This document shows, in pieces, positions 51,208-60,351 of a stretch of 64,000 nucleotides of DNA. Position numbers and translations under genes: made by a program. Positions within the stretch are counted from its first letter, which is position 1. Every line of letters begins with the position of its first letter. Source of the stretch: an uncultured Blautia sp. (GTDB taxonomy: Bacteria > Bacillota > Clostridia > Lachnospirales > Lachnospiraceae). The notes beneath the pieces are model-generated. The model had not been told where the DNA came from and ran no database searches. It saw nothing but the letters and a program-made list of their open reading frames with translations. The stretch is from NCBI GenBank assembly GCA_946622645.1, contig CAMOQF010000002.1, forward strand, positions 190-64,189. The letters are read 5' to 3'.

Positions 51208-51591
51208 ATGGCTGAAAAAAGAAACGTATACAAGATACAGGACATAGGAGGCGTCGGAGAGGTTCACATCTCCGATGAAGTGATCGCAATGATCGCGGCG
51301 CTTGCCGCCACGGACGCGGAAGGCGTTTCGCTGAACGGCACCAATACCAGGGAACTCAGGCAGAAATCCAGCACCAAAAACCTCTCCAAGGGCGTTAAGA
51401 TCACCATGGAGGAGGGTACCGTCGCTGTCGACCTGAACCTGAACCTGGCCTACGGTCAAAGCATCCTGGATACCGGAAAGACCGTTCAGGAAAGGGTCAA
51501 GTCCTCCATCGAAAACATGACCGGCCTTACGGTGACAGACGTCAATATCCATGTGGGCTCTGTCAATATGGACACCGCCGGCGCACAATAA
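51208..51591 (+). CDS. Asp23/Gls24 family protein
   Basis: ISDEVIAMIA, KGVKI, VQERVKSSIENMTGLTVTDVNIHV. Confidence 0.92.
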   Translation: MAEKRNVYKIQDIGGVGEVHISDEVIAMIAALAATDAEGVSLNGTNTRELRQKSSTKNLSKGVKITMEEGTVAVDLNLNLAYGQSILDTGKTVQERVKSSIENMTGLTVTDVNIHVGSVNMDTAGAQ

Positions 51592-51661
51592 TACACAGAC
51601 AGAACCGGTAGGGCTGCCTTCATGGCAGCCCTTATACTGTACAAAGACCAAGGAGGAAGCC

Positions 51662-52075
51662 ATGCGCCGCACGGAACTTCGAGAACACATTTTCAAACTG
51701 CTCTTTATGGCAGAATTCAACACCCCGGAGGAAATGCCGGAACAGCTCCGCCTCTATTTTGAAGAGATGGAGGAGCTCTCCCCGGAGGATCAGGCCTACA
51801 TGGAGGCAAAGTATGCAGCCGTGCGGGAGAACCAGTCCTCCATCGACGAGATGCTGAACAGGACCAGCAAAGGCTGGAAGACAACCCGGATGAACCGCGT
51901 GGATCTTTCGGTGCTCCGTCTGGCCGTGTACGAGCTGGTCTATGACGACAGCATTCCGGAAGGCGTTGCGATCAACGAAGCCGTGGAGATCGCCAAACGC
52001 TTCGGCGGCGAGGACTCCCGTTCCTTTGTGAACGGCATCCTGGGCAGGATCGCATCCGAGGCTTCCCATGAATAA
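51662..52075 (+). CDS. nusB: Transcription antitermination factor NusB
   Basis: RRTELRE, DLSVLRLAVYE, VAINEAVEIAKRF, FVNGILG. Confidence 0.96.
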   Translation: MRRTELREHIFKLLFMAEFNTPEEMPEQLRLYFEEMEELSPEDQAYMEAKYAAVRENQSSIDEMLNRTSKGWKTTRMNRVDLSVLRLAVYELVYDDSIPEGVAINEAVEIAKRFGGEDSRSFVNGILGRIASEASHE

Positions 52076-53273
52076 TGTCTATACCGTAGCGCAGGTAAAC
52101 CGCTATATCCACAACATGTTTACCCAGGACTTCTTCCTTAAGCGGATCTACGTTAAGGGGGAAGTGTCCAACTGCAAATACCACACCAGCGGGCACATCT
52201 ACTTTTCTCTGAAGGACGAGTCCGGAGCCATCGCCTGCGTCATGTTTGCAGGCGCCCGCAAAGGCCTTTCCTTCCGCATGAAGGATGGAGACAAGGTGAC
52301 GGTCGGCGGTTCTGTGGAAGTCTATGAAAGGGACGGCCGTTACCAGCTCTATGCAAAGGAGATCACCCTGGAAGGAGCCGGCGCCCTCTACGAGCGGTAT
52401 CTGCGGCTCAAACAGGAGCTGGAAGAGATGGGCATGTTCGCCCGGGAGTACAAACAGCCCATCCCGGCTTATATCAAAAAACTCGGCGTTGTGACAGCCC
52501 CCACGGGCGCTGCCGTCCAGGACATCCGGAACGTTTCTCTGCGGCGCAATCCATACCTGCAGATCATCCTGTATCCGGCACAGGTACAGGGCGAAGGCGC
52601 TGCTGAAAGCATCGTGCGCGGTCTGCAGATGCTCGATGCATATGGCGTGGATGTGATCATCTGCGGCCGCGGCGGCGGTTCGATCGAGGACCTGTGGGCC
52701 TTTAACGAAGAGATCGTGGCCAGGGCCATCTTCGAGTGCAGGACGCCCGTGATCTCCGCCGTCGGACATGAGACGGATTTTACCATCGCGGATTTTGTGG
52801 CGGACATGCGCGCACCGACGCCTTCCGCAGCTGCGGAACTGGCAGTCTATGATCTTTCTGCCCTTCTGGAAAAGATCCATGCCCTGCAGGGACGCATGGA
52901 CAGAGCGGCTCTGTCCCACGTACGCGACAACCGCCAGACGCTGCAGGCTTTGCAGCACAGACTGAAACTTTCAGGCCCGGAGAACCGCCTTCTTCAGGAT
53001 CGTCAACATGCCGCCGACCTGGAGGAAAAGCTCCGCTCCCTGATGTCGAACATACTGCTCGAGAAGCGTCACCGCATGACGATTCTGTCCGGTCAGCTCG
53101 AAGGGCTCTCGCCCCTCAGAAAGCTCCGGAGCGGATATTCATATGTACGCACATCCGATGGATCCGCCGTCACCAGCATCTCCCAGGTATCCCCCGGCGA
53201 TCCGCTTGAGATCTGCGTGACCGACGGTACCGTCAAAGCATCCGTGCTGGAAAGGAACCCCTATGGAAAATAA
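52068..53273 (+). CDS. xseA: Exodeoxyribonuclease VII large subunit
   Basis: GEVSN, SGHIYFSLKD, GRGGGSIEDLWAFN, SAVGHETD, APTPSAAAE. Confidence 0.97.
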   Translation: MNNVYTVAQVNRYIHNMFTQDFFLKRIYVKGEVSNCKYHTSGHIYFSLKDESGAIACVMFAGARKGLSFRMKDGDKVTVGGSVEVYERDGRYQLYAKEITLEGAGALYERYLRLKQELEEMGMFAREYKQPIPAYIKKLGVVTAPTGAAVQDIRNVSLRRNPYLQIILYPAQVQGEGAAESIVRGLQMLDAYGVDVIICGRGGGSIEDLWAFNEEIVARAIFECRTPVISAVGHETDFTIADFVADMRAPTPSAAAELAVYDLSALLEKIHALQGRMDRAALSHVRDNRQTLQALQHRLKLSGPENRLLQDRQHAADLEEKLRSLMSNILLEKRHRMTILSGQLEGLSPLRKLRSGYSYVRTSDGSAVTSISQVSPGDPLEICVTDGTVKASVLERNPYGK

Positions 53274-53487
53274 AGAAGCTGAAGAAAAGTCCCTTGAACA
53301 GGCATTCCACGAACTGGAAGAGATCACCGCGCGGCTGGAAGACCGCGGGACCTCCCTGGAAGACAGCTTTGCCTTGTATCAGAAGGGGGTCGCGCTGGTG
53401 CGTCTGTGCACGGAAAAACTGGATACTGTCGAGAAAAAAATACTGCAGCTGAACGAGGATGGTACGACCAGTGAATTTTCAAGATGA
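53263..53487 (+). CDS. xseB: Exodeoxyribonuclease VII small subunit
   Basis: LEEITARLE, SLEDSFALYQKGV; follows xseA. Confidence 0.93.
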   Translation: MENKEAEEKSLEQAFHELEEITARLEDRGTSLEDSFALYQKGVALVRLCTEKLDTVEKKILQLNEDGTTSEFSR

Positions 53488-54358
53488 ACTAAACAGCAGA
53501 ACCCGCGAAGCAGAAGATATTCTGCTTCTGTTTCTCCCCCGGGAAGAAGGTTATCGAAGCCGTCTGGCGGAGGCCTGTGCCTACAGCCTGACAGCAGGCG
53601 GAAAACGGATCCGCATGCTTCTGATGCAGGAGACATACCGCATTTTCGGCGGAAATGAGGATGTGATCCGCCCGTTTATGGCGGGCATGGAGATGATCCA
53701 CACCCATTCGCTCATCCACGATGACCTGCCGGCACTGGATAATGACGATTACCGCCGGGGGCGTCTGACCACGCACAAAGTCTATGGGGAAGCCATGGGC
53801 GTGCTGTCCGGCGACGCCTTGCTGAACCTGGCTTACGAGACCATGCTGTCCGGCTTTGCCGGGACCGCTTTTCCGGAGAGAGCCGTCCGCGCGATGCAGG
53901 TCATTGCGGAAAAGACCGGCATCCGGGGCATGCTGGGAGGACAGAGTACGGATGTGGAAAATGACGGGAAACCCGTGGACCTTTCGCTTCTCGACTATAT
54001 TTACGAAAACAAGACCGCGGCCCTTCTGGAAGCCCCGCTGATGGCAGGCGCCATCCTGGCCGGAGCGGATGAAGATACGGTCAGGAGCCTGGAAAAGACC
54101 GGCAGCTGCCTGGGAGCAGCCTTCCAGATCAGGGACGATATCCTGGACGTCACCTCCACCACCGAGGTGCTGGGGAAGCCGGTCCACAGCGATGAAAAAA
54201 ACCGGAAGACCACGTACGCGACGCTTTTGGGGACGGAAGCGGCAGCTCAGAAAGTCCGGGAGCTGACAGAGAAGGCCGTAAGCCTGCTGGAAGGACTGTC
54301 CGGAGACACTGCCTTCCTGACCGCCTTTGTCCGAAGCATGGCATCAAGAGAAAAATGA
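53471..54358 (+). CDS. ispA: Polyprenyl (geranyl/farnesyl) diphosphate synthase
   Basis: GGKRIR, SLIHDDLPALDNDDYRRG, GMLGGQ, FQIRDDILD; GTG start assumed. Confidence 0.94.
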   Translation: MNFQDELNSRTREAEDILLLFLPREEGYRSRLAEACAYSLTAGGKRIRMLLMQETYRIFGGNEDVIRPFMAGMEMIHTHSLIHDDLPALDNDDYRRGRLTTHKVYGEAMGVLSGDALLNLAYETMLSGFAGTAFPERAVRAMQVIAEKTGIRGMLGGQSTDVENDGKPVDLSLLDYIYENKTAALLEAPLMAGAILAGADEDTVRSLEKTGSCLGAAFQIRDDILDVTSTTEVLGKPVHSDEKNRKTTYATLLGTEAAAQKVRELTEKAVSLLEGLSGDTAFLTAFVRSMASREK

Positions 54359-54416
54359 TCCCGGAGGAAACAGATCTTCTGCCGGCATCATCGAACAGTA
54401 CAAGAGGAGAGGACGA

Positions 54417-56279
54417 ATGATTCTAGACAGGATCAACGCGCCAAACGATCTTCATAACATAGACCTGAAGGATTTTCCGGTCCTGGCTTCCGAGATCCGG
54501 GAGCTGATCCTGGAGACCGTCAGCAAAAACGGGGGGCATCTGGCCTCCAACCTGGGGGCAGTGGAGCTTACGCTGGCCCTTCATAACGTGCTGCATTTTC
54601 CGGAGGACAAGCTGATCTGGGATGTAGGCCATCAGTGCTATACCCACAAGATCCTCACCGGACGGAAGGATACGTTTTCCACCATCCGGCAGGAGAACGG
54701 ACTGAGCGGATTCCCCAAAAGAAACGAGAGCAGCTGCGATGCCTTCGACACAGGGCACAGCTCCAATTCCATCTCGGCCGGCCTCGGCTATGTCCGGGCA
54801 AGAGACCTGACCGGAGGAGGCGGCTATGTCGTCTCGGTCATCGGAGACGGTTCTCTCACCGGCGGGATGGCTTACGAGGCCATGAACAACGCGGCTGTCC
54901 TGGAGACCAACTTCATCATCGTCCTGAACGATAACGACATGTCCATCTCCAAGAACGTAGGAGGGATGTCAACGTATCTCTCCGCGCTCCGGACGGCCGA
55001 GGCCTACACAGGACTGAAGCTCGGCGTCACCAAGACGCTCAACAGGATCCCCCGTGCGGGAGAGGCCATAGTGCGGCAGGTGCGGAAAACCAAAAGCAGC
55101 ATCAAGCAGCTCTTCATCCCCGGCATGCTGTTCGAGAACATGGGACTCACCTATCTGGGGCCTGTGGACGGACACAACATGCGCCAGATGATGCGGCTCT
55201 TTAACGAAGCAAAAAAAGTAAAAGGACCTGTCCTGGTCCATGTGCTGACCCGGAAAGGCTGCGGCTATCCGCCGGCCGAGAAAGAACCGGACCGGTTCCA
55301 TGGCATCGGTCCTTTTGATCTGAAGACGGGACAGCCCCTCTGCAAAGAGACGGCTCCGTCCTATACCGAGATTTTCGGAGACACGCTGTGTTCCCTGGCC
55401 CTTGAAAACGAGCGTCTGTGCGCCGTCACCGCGGCCATGCCCTCCGGAACAGGGCTGACAGCCTTCTCCAAGGCTTTTCCTTCCCGCTTTTTTGACGTCG
55501 GGATCGCTGAGGAACACGCCGTGACTTTTGCGTCCGCGCTTGCCCTGGGAGGCATGACGCCCGTGGTGGCGGTTTATTCTTCCTTCCTGCAGCGCTCCAT
55601 CGACCAGATCATGGGCGACGTCTGTATGCAGAACCAGCATGTGATCTTCGCGGTGGACCGTGCCGGTCTGGTAGGCGCCGACGGAGAGACGCATCATGGC
55701 TGTTTTGACATTACCTACCTGAGCATGATGCCCAACATGTCGCTTCTTGCCCCCAAGGACGGTCCGGAGCTCAAAAAGATGCTGGAATACGCAGTCTCTG
55801 CCGAAGGTCCCGTTGCCATACGCTATCCACGGGGATCGGCCGGAACCTCCGGTCTGGACACTGAAAAACCGATCGAATGCGGCAGGAGCGAAGTCCTCCT
55901 GGAAGGACAGGATATCTGCGTCATCGCTGTCGGCAGCATGAACGAAACCGCGTACAAGGCGGTGCGGATCCTGCAGGAGAAGGGCTTTTCCCCGACCCTT
56001 GTAAACGCTCGTTTTGTAAAGCCTCTGGACACCCGGCTGCTGGATGCGCTTTCCGGGACCCACAGGCTGTTCTTCACGCTCGAGGAAAACACGATCCGCG
56101 GCGGGTTCGGAGAGCATGTATGCGGATATATTAAAAGCCGCTGTCCGGATATCCGTGTGGTACCCCTGGGTCTTCCGGATCATTTTATCACGCACGGCAG
56201 TACTGAAAGCCTTTTGTCCCGGCTGGATCTTACGCCGGAAGCTGTGGCGCGGCGTATCGAACAGGAGGCGCGGCTATGA
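54417..56279 (+). CDS. dxs: 1-deoxy-D-xylulose-5-phosphate synthase
   Basis: GGHLASNLG, WDVGHQ, GDGSLTGG, NDNDMSI, DVGIAEEHAV, DRAGLVGADG. Confidence 0.98.
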   Translation: MILDRINAPNDLHNIDLKDFPVLASEIRELILETVSKNGGHLASNLGAVELTLALHNVLHFPEDKLIWDVGHQCYTHKILTGRKDTFSTIRQENGLSGFPKRNESSCDAFDTGHSSNSISAGLGYVRARDLTGGGGYVVSVIGDGSLTGGMAYEAMNNAAVLETNFIIVLNDNDMSISKNVGGMSTYLSALRTAEAYTGLKLGVTKTLNRIPRAGEAIVRQVRKTKSSIKQLFIPGMLFENMGLTYLGPVDGHNMRQMMRLFNEAKKVKGPVLVHVLTRKGCGYPPAEKEPDRFHGIGPFDLKTGQPLCKETAPSYTEIFGDTLCSLALENERLCAVTAAMPSGTGLTAFSKAFPSRFFDVGIAEEHAVTFASALALGGMTPVVAVYSSFLQRSIDQIMGDVCMQNQHVIFAVDRAGLVGADGETHHGCFDITYLSMMPNMSLLAPKDGPELKKMLEYAVSAEGPVAIRYPRGSAGTSGLDTEKPIECGRSEVLLEGQDICVIAVGSMNETAYKAVRILQEKGFSPTLVNARFVKPLDTRLLDALSGTHRLFFTLEENTIRGGFGEHVCGYIKSRCPDIRVVPLGLPDHFITHGSTESLLSRLDLTPEAVARRIEQEARL

Positions 56280-57091
56280 AAAAAAGACTGGATCTTCTGC
56301 TTGTGGAAAAAGGCTTTTTTACCTCGCGTGAAAAAGCCAGAACCACCATCATGGCCGGCAATGTCTATGTCAAAGGCCAGAAGGAGGACAAACCGGGCAG
56401 CCTTTTTCCCGAAGACGTATCGATCGAGGTGCGGGGCGGCACGCTTCCCTATGTGAGCCGCGGCGGCCTGAAGCTTGCAAGAGCCATGGAGGTCTTCCCC
56501 ATCGCCCTGCAGGATCGGATCTGCATGGATATCGGGGCTTCTACGGGCGGCTTTACCGACTGCATGCTCCAGAACGGAGCTGCGAAGGTCTATGCCGTGG
56601 ATGTGGGATACGGCCAGCTGGACTGGGGCCTCCGGAACGACCCGCGGGTCGTCTGTATGGAAAAGACCAACATCCGCTATGTAAAGCCGGAGGATATCCC
56701 GGACAGAATATCCTTCGCTTCGGTGGATGTTTCGTTCATATCACTCACGAAAGTGCTCGGACCTGCCAGAGAACTGCTGACGGACGACGGTGAGATCGTG
56801 TGTCTTATCAAACCGCAGTTTGAAGCGGGCCGGGAAAAGGTTGGCAAAAAGGGCGTGGTGCGGGATCCGCAGGTTCACGAGGAAGTGATCGACGCGGTCA
56901 TCGCCTTCGCGGAAAGCATCGGCTTTTTTGCGTACGGCCTCACCTGGTCCCCGATCAAAGGACCGGAAGGAAACATCGAATATCTCCTGCACCTCAGAAG
57001 ACAGGACGACGGGGAACGGCAGGAGATCAGAGTCCACGATACGGTGGAGAGATCCCACAGACTTCTGGATCAGGGAAACAGACAATCATGA
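56276..57091 (+). CDS. tlyA: TlyA family rRNA methyltransferase
   Basis: S4 domain, YVSRGGLKL, DIGASTGGFT, DVSFIS, LIKPQFE. Confidence 0.95.
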   Translation: MKKRLDLLLVEKGFFTSREKARTTIMAGNVYVKGQKEDKPGSLFPEDVSIEVRGGTLPYVSRGGLKLARAMEVFPIALQDRICMDIGASTGGFTDCMLQNGAAKVYAVDVGYGQLDWGLRNDPRVVCMEKTNIRYVKPEDIPDRISFASVDVSFISLTKVLGPARELLTDDGEIVCLIKPQFEAGREKVGKKGVVRDPQVHEEVIDAVIAFAESIGFFAYGLTWSPIKGPEGNIEYLLHLRRQDDGERQEIRVHDTVERSHRLLDQGNRQS

Positions 57092-57978
57092 AATCTTTTT
57101 ACATCGTACCCAACAGGGACAAAGATAAAGACCTTGAAGTGACCCGCCAGGTCACGGATTATCTGGCCAGGAACGGATGCAGGTCCGTTGTCTGCCAGCC
57201 GCAGCGGGAAAAAGCCGGAAGGCGTCACTATACCGACCCGGACCAGGTCCCGGACGGGACCGACTGTGTGCTTGTGCTCGGCGGAGACGGTACCCTTCTG
57301 CAGGCCGCACGGGATCTGGTGGACAAAAAGCTTCCGCTCCTCGGCATCAATCTGGGCAGGCTCGGCTTTCTGGCGGAGGTGGAAAAAAGCAGTCTCTTTC
57401 CCTCTCTGGACATGGTGATCCGGGATGAATATACCATCGAAGAACGGATGATGGCGCGCGGCACCGTCAGCTGTAAAGGCAGGGTCGTGGGACAGGATAC
57501 GGCCCTGAACGACATCGTCATCGCCCGGGAAGGCCATCTGCGTGTGGTCAGTTTTATCAGCTATGTGAACGGAGAATTCCTGAATTCCTGTTCTGCGGAC
57601 GGGATGATCATTTCCACGCCGACGGGCTCCACCGGCTACAACCTTTCGGCTGGAGGCCCGCTGGTATCGCCGCAGGCCTCCATGTTCATCATGACGCCGG
57701 TCGCGCCCCACACGATCAGCACACGGAGCCTTGTCTTTCCCGAGGAGGATGTGATCACGGTGGAAGTCGGCGCAGGACACATGTACGAGAGCGAAAAGGC
57801 GTTTGCCTGTTTTGACGGCGACACGGTCTTCCCCATGGAGACCGGAGACACTATCACCATCTGCCGGGCCGAGACGTCCGTGCGGATCCTGAAATTGAAA
57901 AAACTCAGCTTTGTCGAGGTGCTGCGGCAGAAAATGAACAGCACCCAGGAGGTACAGCGTGAAACCCCAACGTCATAA
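57088..57978 (+). CDS. nadK: NAD kinase
   Basis: LGGDGT, GINLGRLGFL, LND, TPTGSTGYNLSAGGP. Confidence 0.96.
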   Translation: MKSFYIVPNRDKDKDLEVTRQVTDYLARNGCRSVVCQPQREKAGRRHYTDPDQVPDGTDCVLVLGGDGTLLQAARDLVDKKLPLLGINLGRLGFLAEVEKSSLFPSLDMVIRDEYTIEERMMARGTVSCKGRVVGQDTALNDIVIAREGHLRVVSFISYVNGEFLNSCSADGMIISTPTGSTGYNLSAGGPLVSPQASMFIMTPVAPHTISTRSLVFPEEDVITVEVGAGHMYESEKAFACFDGDTVFPMETGDTITICRAETSVRILKLKKLSFVEVLRQKMNSTQEVQRETPTS

Positions 57979-58411
57979 AAAGATTCTGGAACTGATCAGG
58001 ACAGAAGCGATCGAGACACAGGAGGAGCTTGCCAACCGTCTGAACGAGGCAGGCTTCCACGTCACGCAGGCCACGGTCTCACGGGATATCCGCGCCCTGA
58101 AGCTTACCAAGATGACCCGGAAGGACGGCCGTTCTTACTATGCCGTCCTGGAGGAGAACAATCCGGTGACGGGAGACAAATACACCCGCGTGATCCGCGA
58201 GGCGCTCGTCTCCATGGACGCGGCCGAAAACCTGGTGGTCATCAAGACCGTCTCCGGCATGGCCATGGCGGTGGCGGCCTCTCTGGACTCCATGAAATGG
58301 GAGGAGCTTCTGGGATGCATTGCGGGGGACGACACCATCATGTGCGCTGCCCGTACGGCGGAAGGCGCCCGCACAGTGATCGATAAGCTGGATGCCCTCC
58401 TGCACGCATAA
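57959..58411 (+). CDS. argR: Arginine repressor
   Basis: TQEEL, TQATVSRDI, GCIAGDDT; GTG start. Confidence 0.96.
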   Translation: MKPQRHKKILELIRTEAIETQEELANRLNEAGFHVTQATVSRDIRALKLTKMTRKDGRSYYAVLEENNPVTGDKYTRVIREALVSMDAAENLVVIKTVSGMAMAVAASLDSMKWEELLGCIAGDDTIMCAARTAEGARTVIDKLDALLHA

Positions 58412-58424
58412 TTGGGAGAATAAA

Positions 58425-60101
58425 ATGCTGGTAAATCTGCACGTAAAAAACCTTGCGCTGATCGAAGAGGCGGAGGTGAACTTCGGCCCCGGCCTCAACA
58501 TCCTGACGGGGGAGACCGGCGCGGGCAAATCCATACTTCTGGGCTCCATGCAGCTGATCCTGGGCGGAAAGATCCAAAAGAACATGGTTCGGACAAACGC
58601 CCCGTACGCGCTGGTGGAGCTCCTTTTTGAAACGGAAGACGAACAGACGCTCCGGAATCTGGCAGAGCTTTCTGTCTTTCCCGAAGACGGCCAGATCCTG
58701 CTGTCCCGTCGCATCACCGACGGACGCAGCGTGAGCCGCATCAACGGAGAGACCTGTACCATCAGTCAGATGAAGGCGGCGGCTGCCTGCCTGCTGGATA
58801 TCCACGGACAGCATGAACATCAGTCTCTTCTGTACCGGGACAAGCAGCTGGAGATCCTGGACGCTTTCGCGTCTGACAAGACACGCCCCCTGTTGGAAAA
58901 GGTCAGGACCGCCTTCGCTGCCGTGAAGCAGTGTGAGAAAAATCTGCAGGAGCTGGATATCGATGAAGAACAGCGTTCCCGCGAGATCTCTTTCCTGGAG
59001 TACGAGATTCATGAGATCGAAAAAGCGGCTCTGGTCCCCGGCGAGGACGAAGAGCTGGAAAAACGGTACAAAAAGCTTTCCAACAGCCGCCGCATGATGG
59101 AGACCTTGTCCTCTGTCCACGCGCTTACAGGCTCCGACAGGGGGGCGGGAGAACAGACCGGACAGGCGGTACAGGAGCTTGGACATATTCTGCAGTACGA
59201 TGATGAACTGCAGCCGCTGAGCGACCTTCTGATGCAGGCGGACAGCCTTCTGTCGGACTTCGCGCGGGAGCTTTCTTCCTACATGGACGATCTTGTCTTC
59301 GACGAGGAGGTCTTCTACGAGACCGAAAAACGTCTGGATCTGATCAATGATCTGAAAGCCCGCTTTGGAAAGACCATCGAAGAGATCCTGGAGGGAAGGG
59401 ACCGCAGGTCGGAAAGGCTCTCGGCCCTGCAGGACCATGCCTCCCGGGTGGAAAAGGCCAGACGTAAGCTTGCGGAAGCGGAGGCTTCCTACGCGGAGGC
59501 GGCCGGGCTTCTCTCCGAAGAGCGGCAGAAGGCATCGCGGGAACTGATCCTGCAGGTCGTCGAATCGCTGCAGGACCTGAACTTCCTGGACGTACGTTTT
59601 GACATCCGCTTTGACAAAAAAGCGCCTGCCTCCAACGGAACGGATGAGATCGAATATCTGATATCCGTCAATCCCGGCGAGGAGATCCGTCCTCTGGGAC
59701 AGATCGTTTCGGGCGGAGAGCTTTCCCGGATCATGCTGGCGCTGAAGGCCATCCTGGCCTCCCGGGATCAGATCGGGACTCTGATCTTCGACGAGATAGA
59801 CGCCGGCATCAGCGGTCGTACGGCGCAGAAGGTATCGGTCAAGCTTTCTCAGATCGCACAGACCCGGCAGGTGCTCTGCATCACCCATCTGCCGCAGATC
59901 GCGGCGATGGCGGACCGGCACTTTGAGATCGAAAAACACGGGGACGAGGAAAACGGGACTGCGACGGAGGTCCATCTTCTGACAGAAGAAGACACCATCC
60001 GCGAGCTTGCGCGCCTTCTGGGGACCGACGATATCACAGACGTGGCGATCCGGAACGCGGCCGAAATGCGCAGGTCCGCCCTGGAACAAAAAGGGCGGTA
60101 G
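58425..60101 (+). CDS. recN: DNA repair protein RecN
   Basis: LTGETGAGKS, IHGQHEHQ, SGGELSRIMLA, FDEIDAG, ITHLPQIAA. Confidence 0.98.
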   Translation: MLVNLHVKNLALIEEAEVNFGPGLNILTGETGAGKSILLGSMQLILGGKIQKNMVRTNAPYALVELLFETEDEQTLRNLAELSVFPEDGQILLSRRITDGRSVSRINGETCTISQMKAAAACLLDIHGQHEHQSLLYRDKQLEILDAFASDKTRPLLEKVRTAFAAVKQCEKNLQELDIDEEQRSREISFLEYEIHEIEKAALVPGEDEELEKRYKKLSNSRRMMETLSSVHALTGSDRGAGEQTGQAVQELGHILQYDDELQPLSDLLMQADSLLSDFARELSSYMDDLVFDEEVFYETEKRLDLINDLKARFGKTIEEILEGRDRRSERLSALQDHASRVEKARRKLAEAEASYAEAAGLLSEERQKASRELILQVVESLQDLNFLDVRFDIRFDKKAPASNGTDEIEYLISVNPGEEIRPLGQIVSGGELSRIMLALKAILASRDQIGTLIFDEIDAGISGRTAQKVSVKLSQIAQTRQVLCITHLPQIAAMADRHFEIEKHGDEENGTATEVHLLTEEDTIRELARLLGTDDITDVAIRNAAEMRRSALEQKGR

Positions 60102-60185
60102 AGCGGCTTTCCGGACTGTCACGAATCCCTTGTACTGCGCGCATTTCGTAAGAAAACACACCGGTGGATTTCACGAAAATTCACG

Positions 60186-60218
60186 AGAAAAAAAGAGGCT
60201 TCCGGGCCTCTTTTTTCT
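60186..60218. terminator. Bidirectional rho-independent terminator after recN
   Basis: AGAAAAAAAGAGGC-TTCCGG-GCCTCTTTTTTCT. Confidence 0.75.
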
Positions 60219-60351
60219 TGCATTCTGTCATGAACGGTGCTAACAATGGATGCAGGGAGCGGCTTCTTTGGAAGGGAAAGACGCACGCTTCTTACGAGGC
60301 CTCGTATCGACAAAATCAACTGGTTCACGTATGACAGGAGGGGAGTTTCAT

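Noticed and set aside
60237-60247. GTGCTAACAAT upstream of spo0A, identical to the right half of the CIRCE region (2540-2550)
   Set aside because: The left arm (TTAGCACTC) is missing, so it is not a CIRCE. Probably chance overlap with a -10 element.
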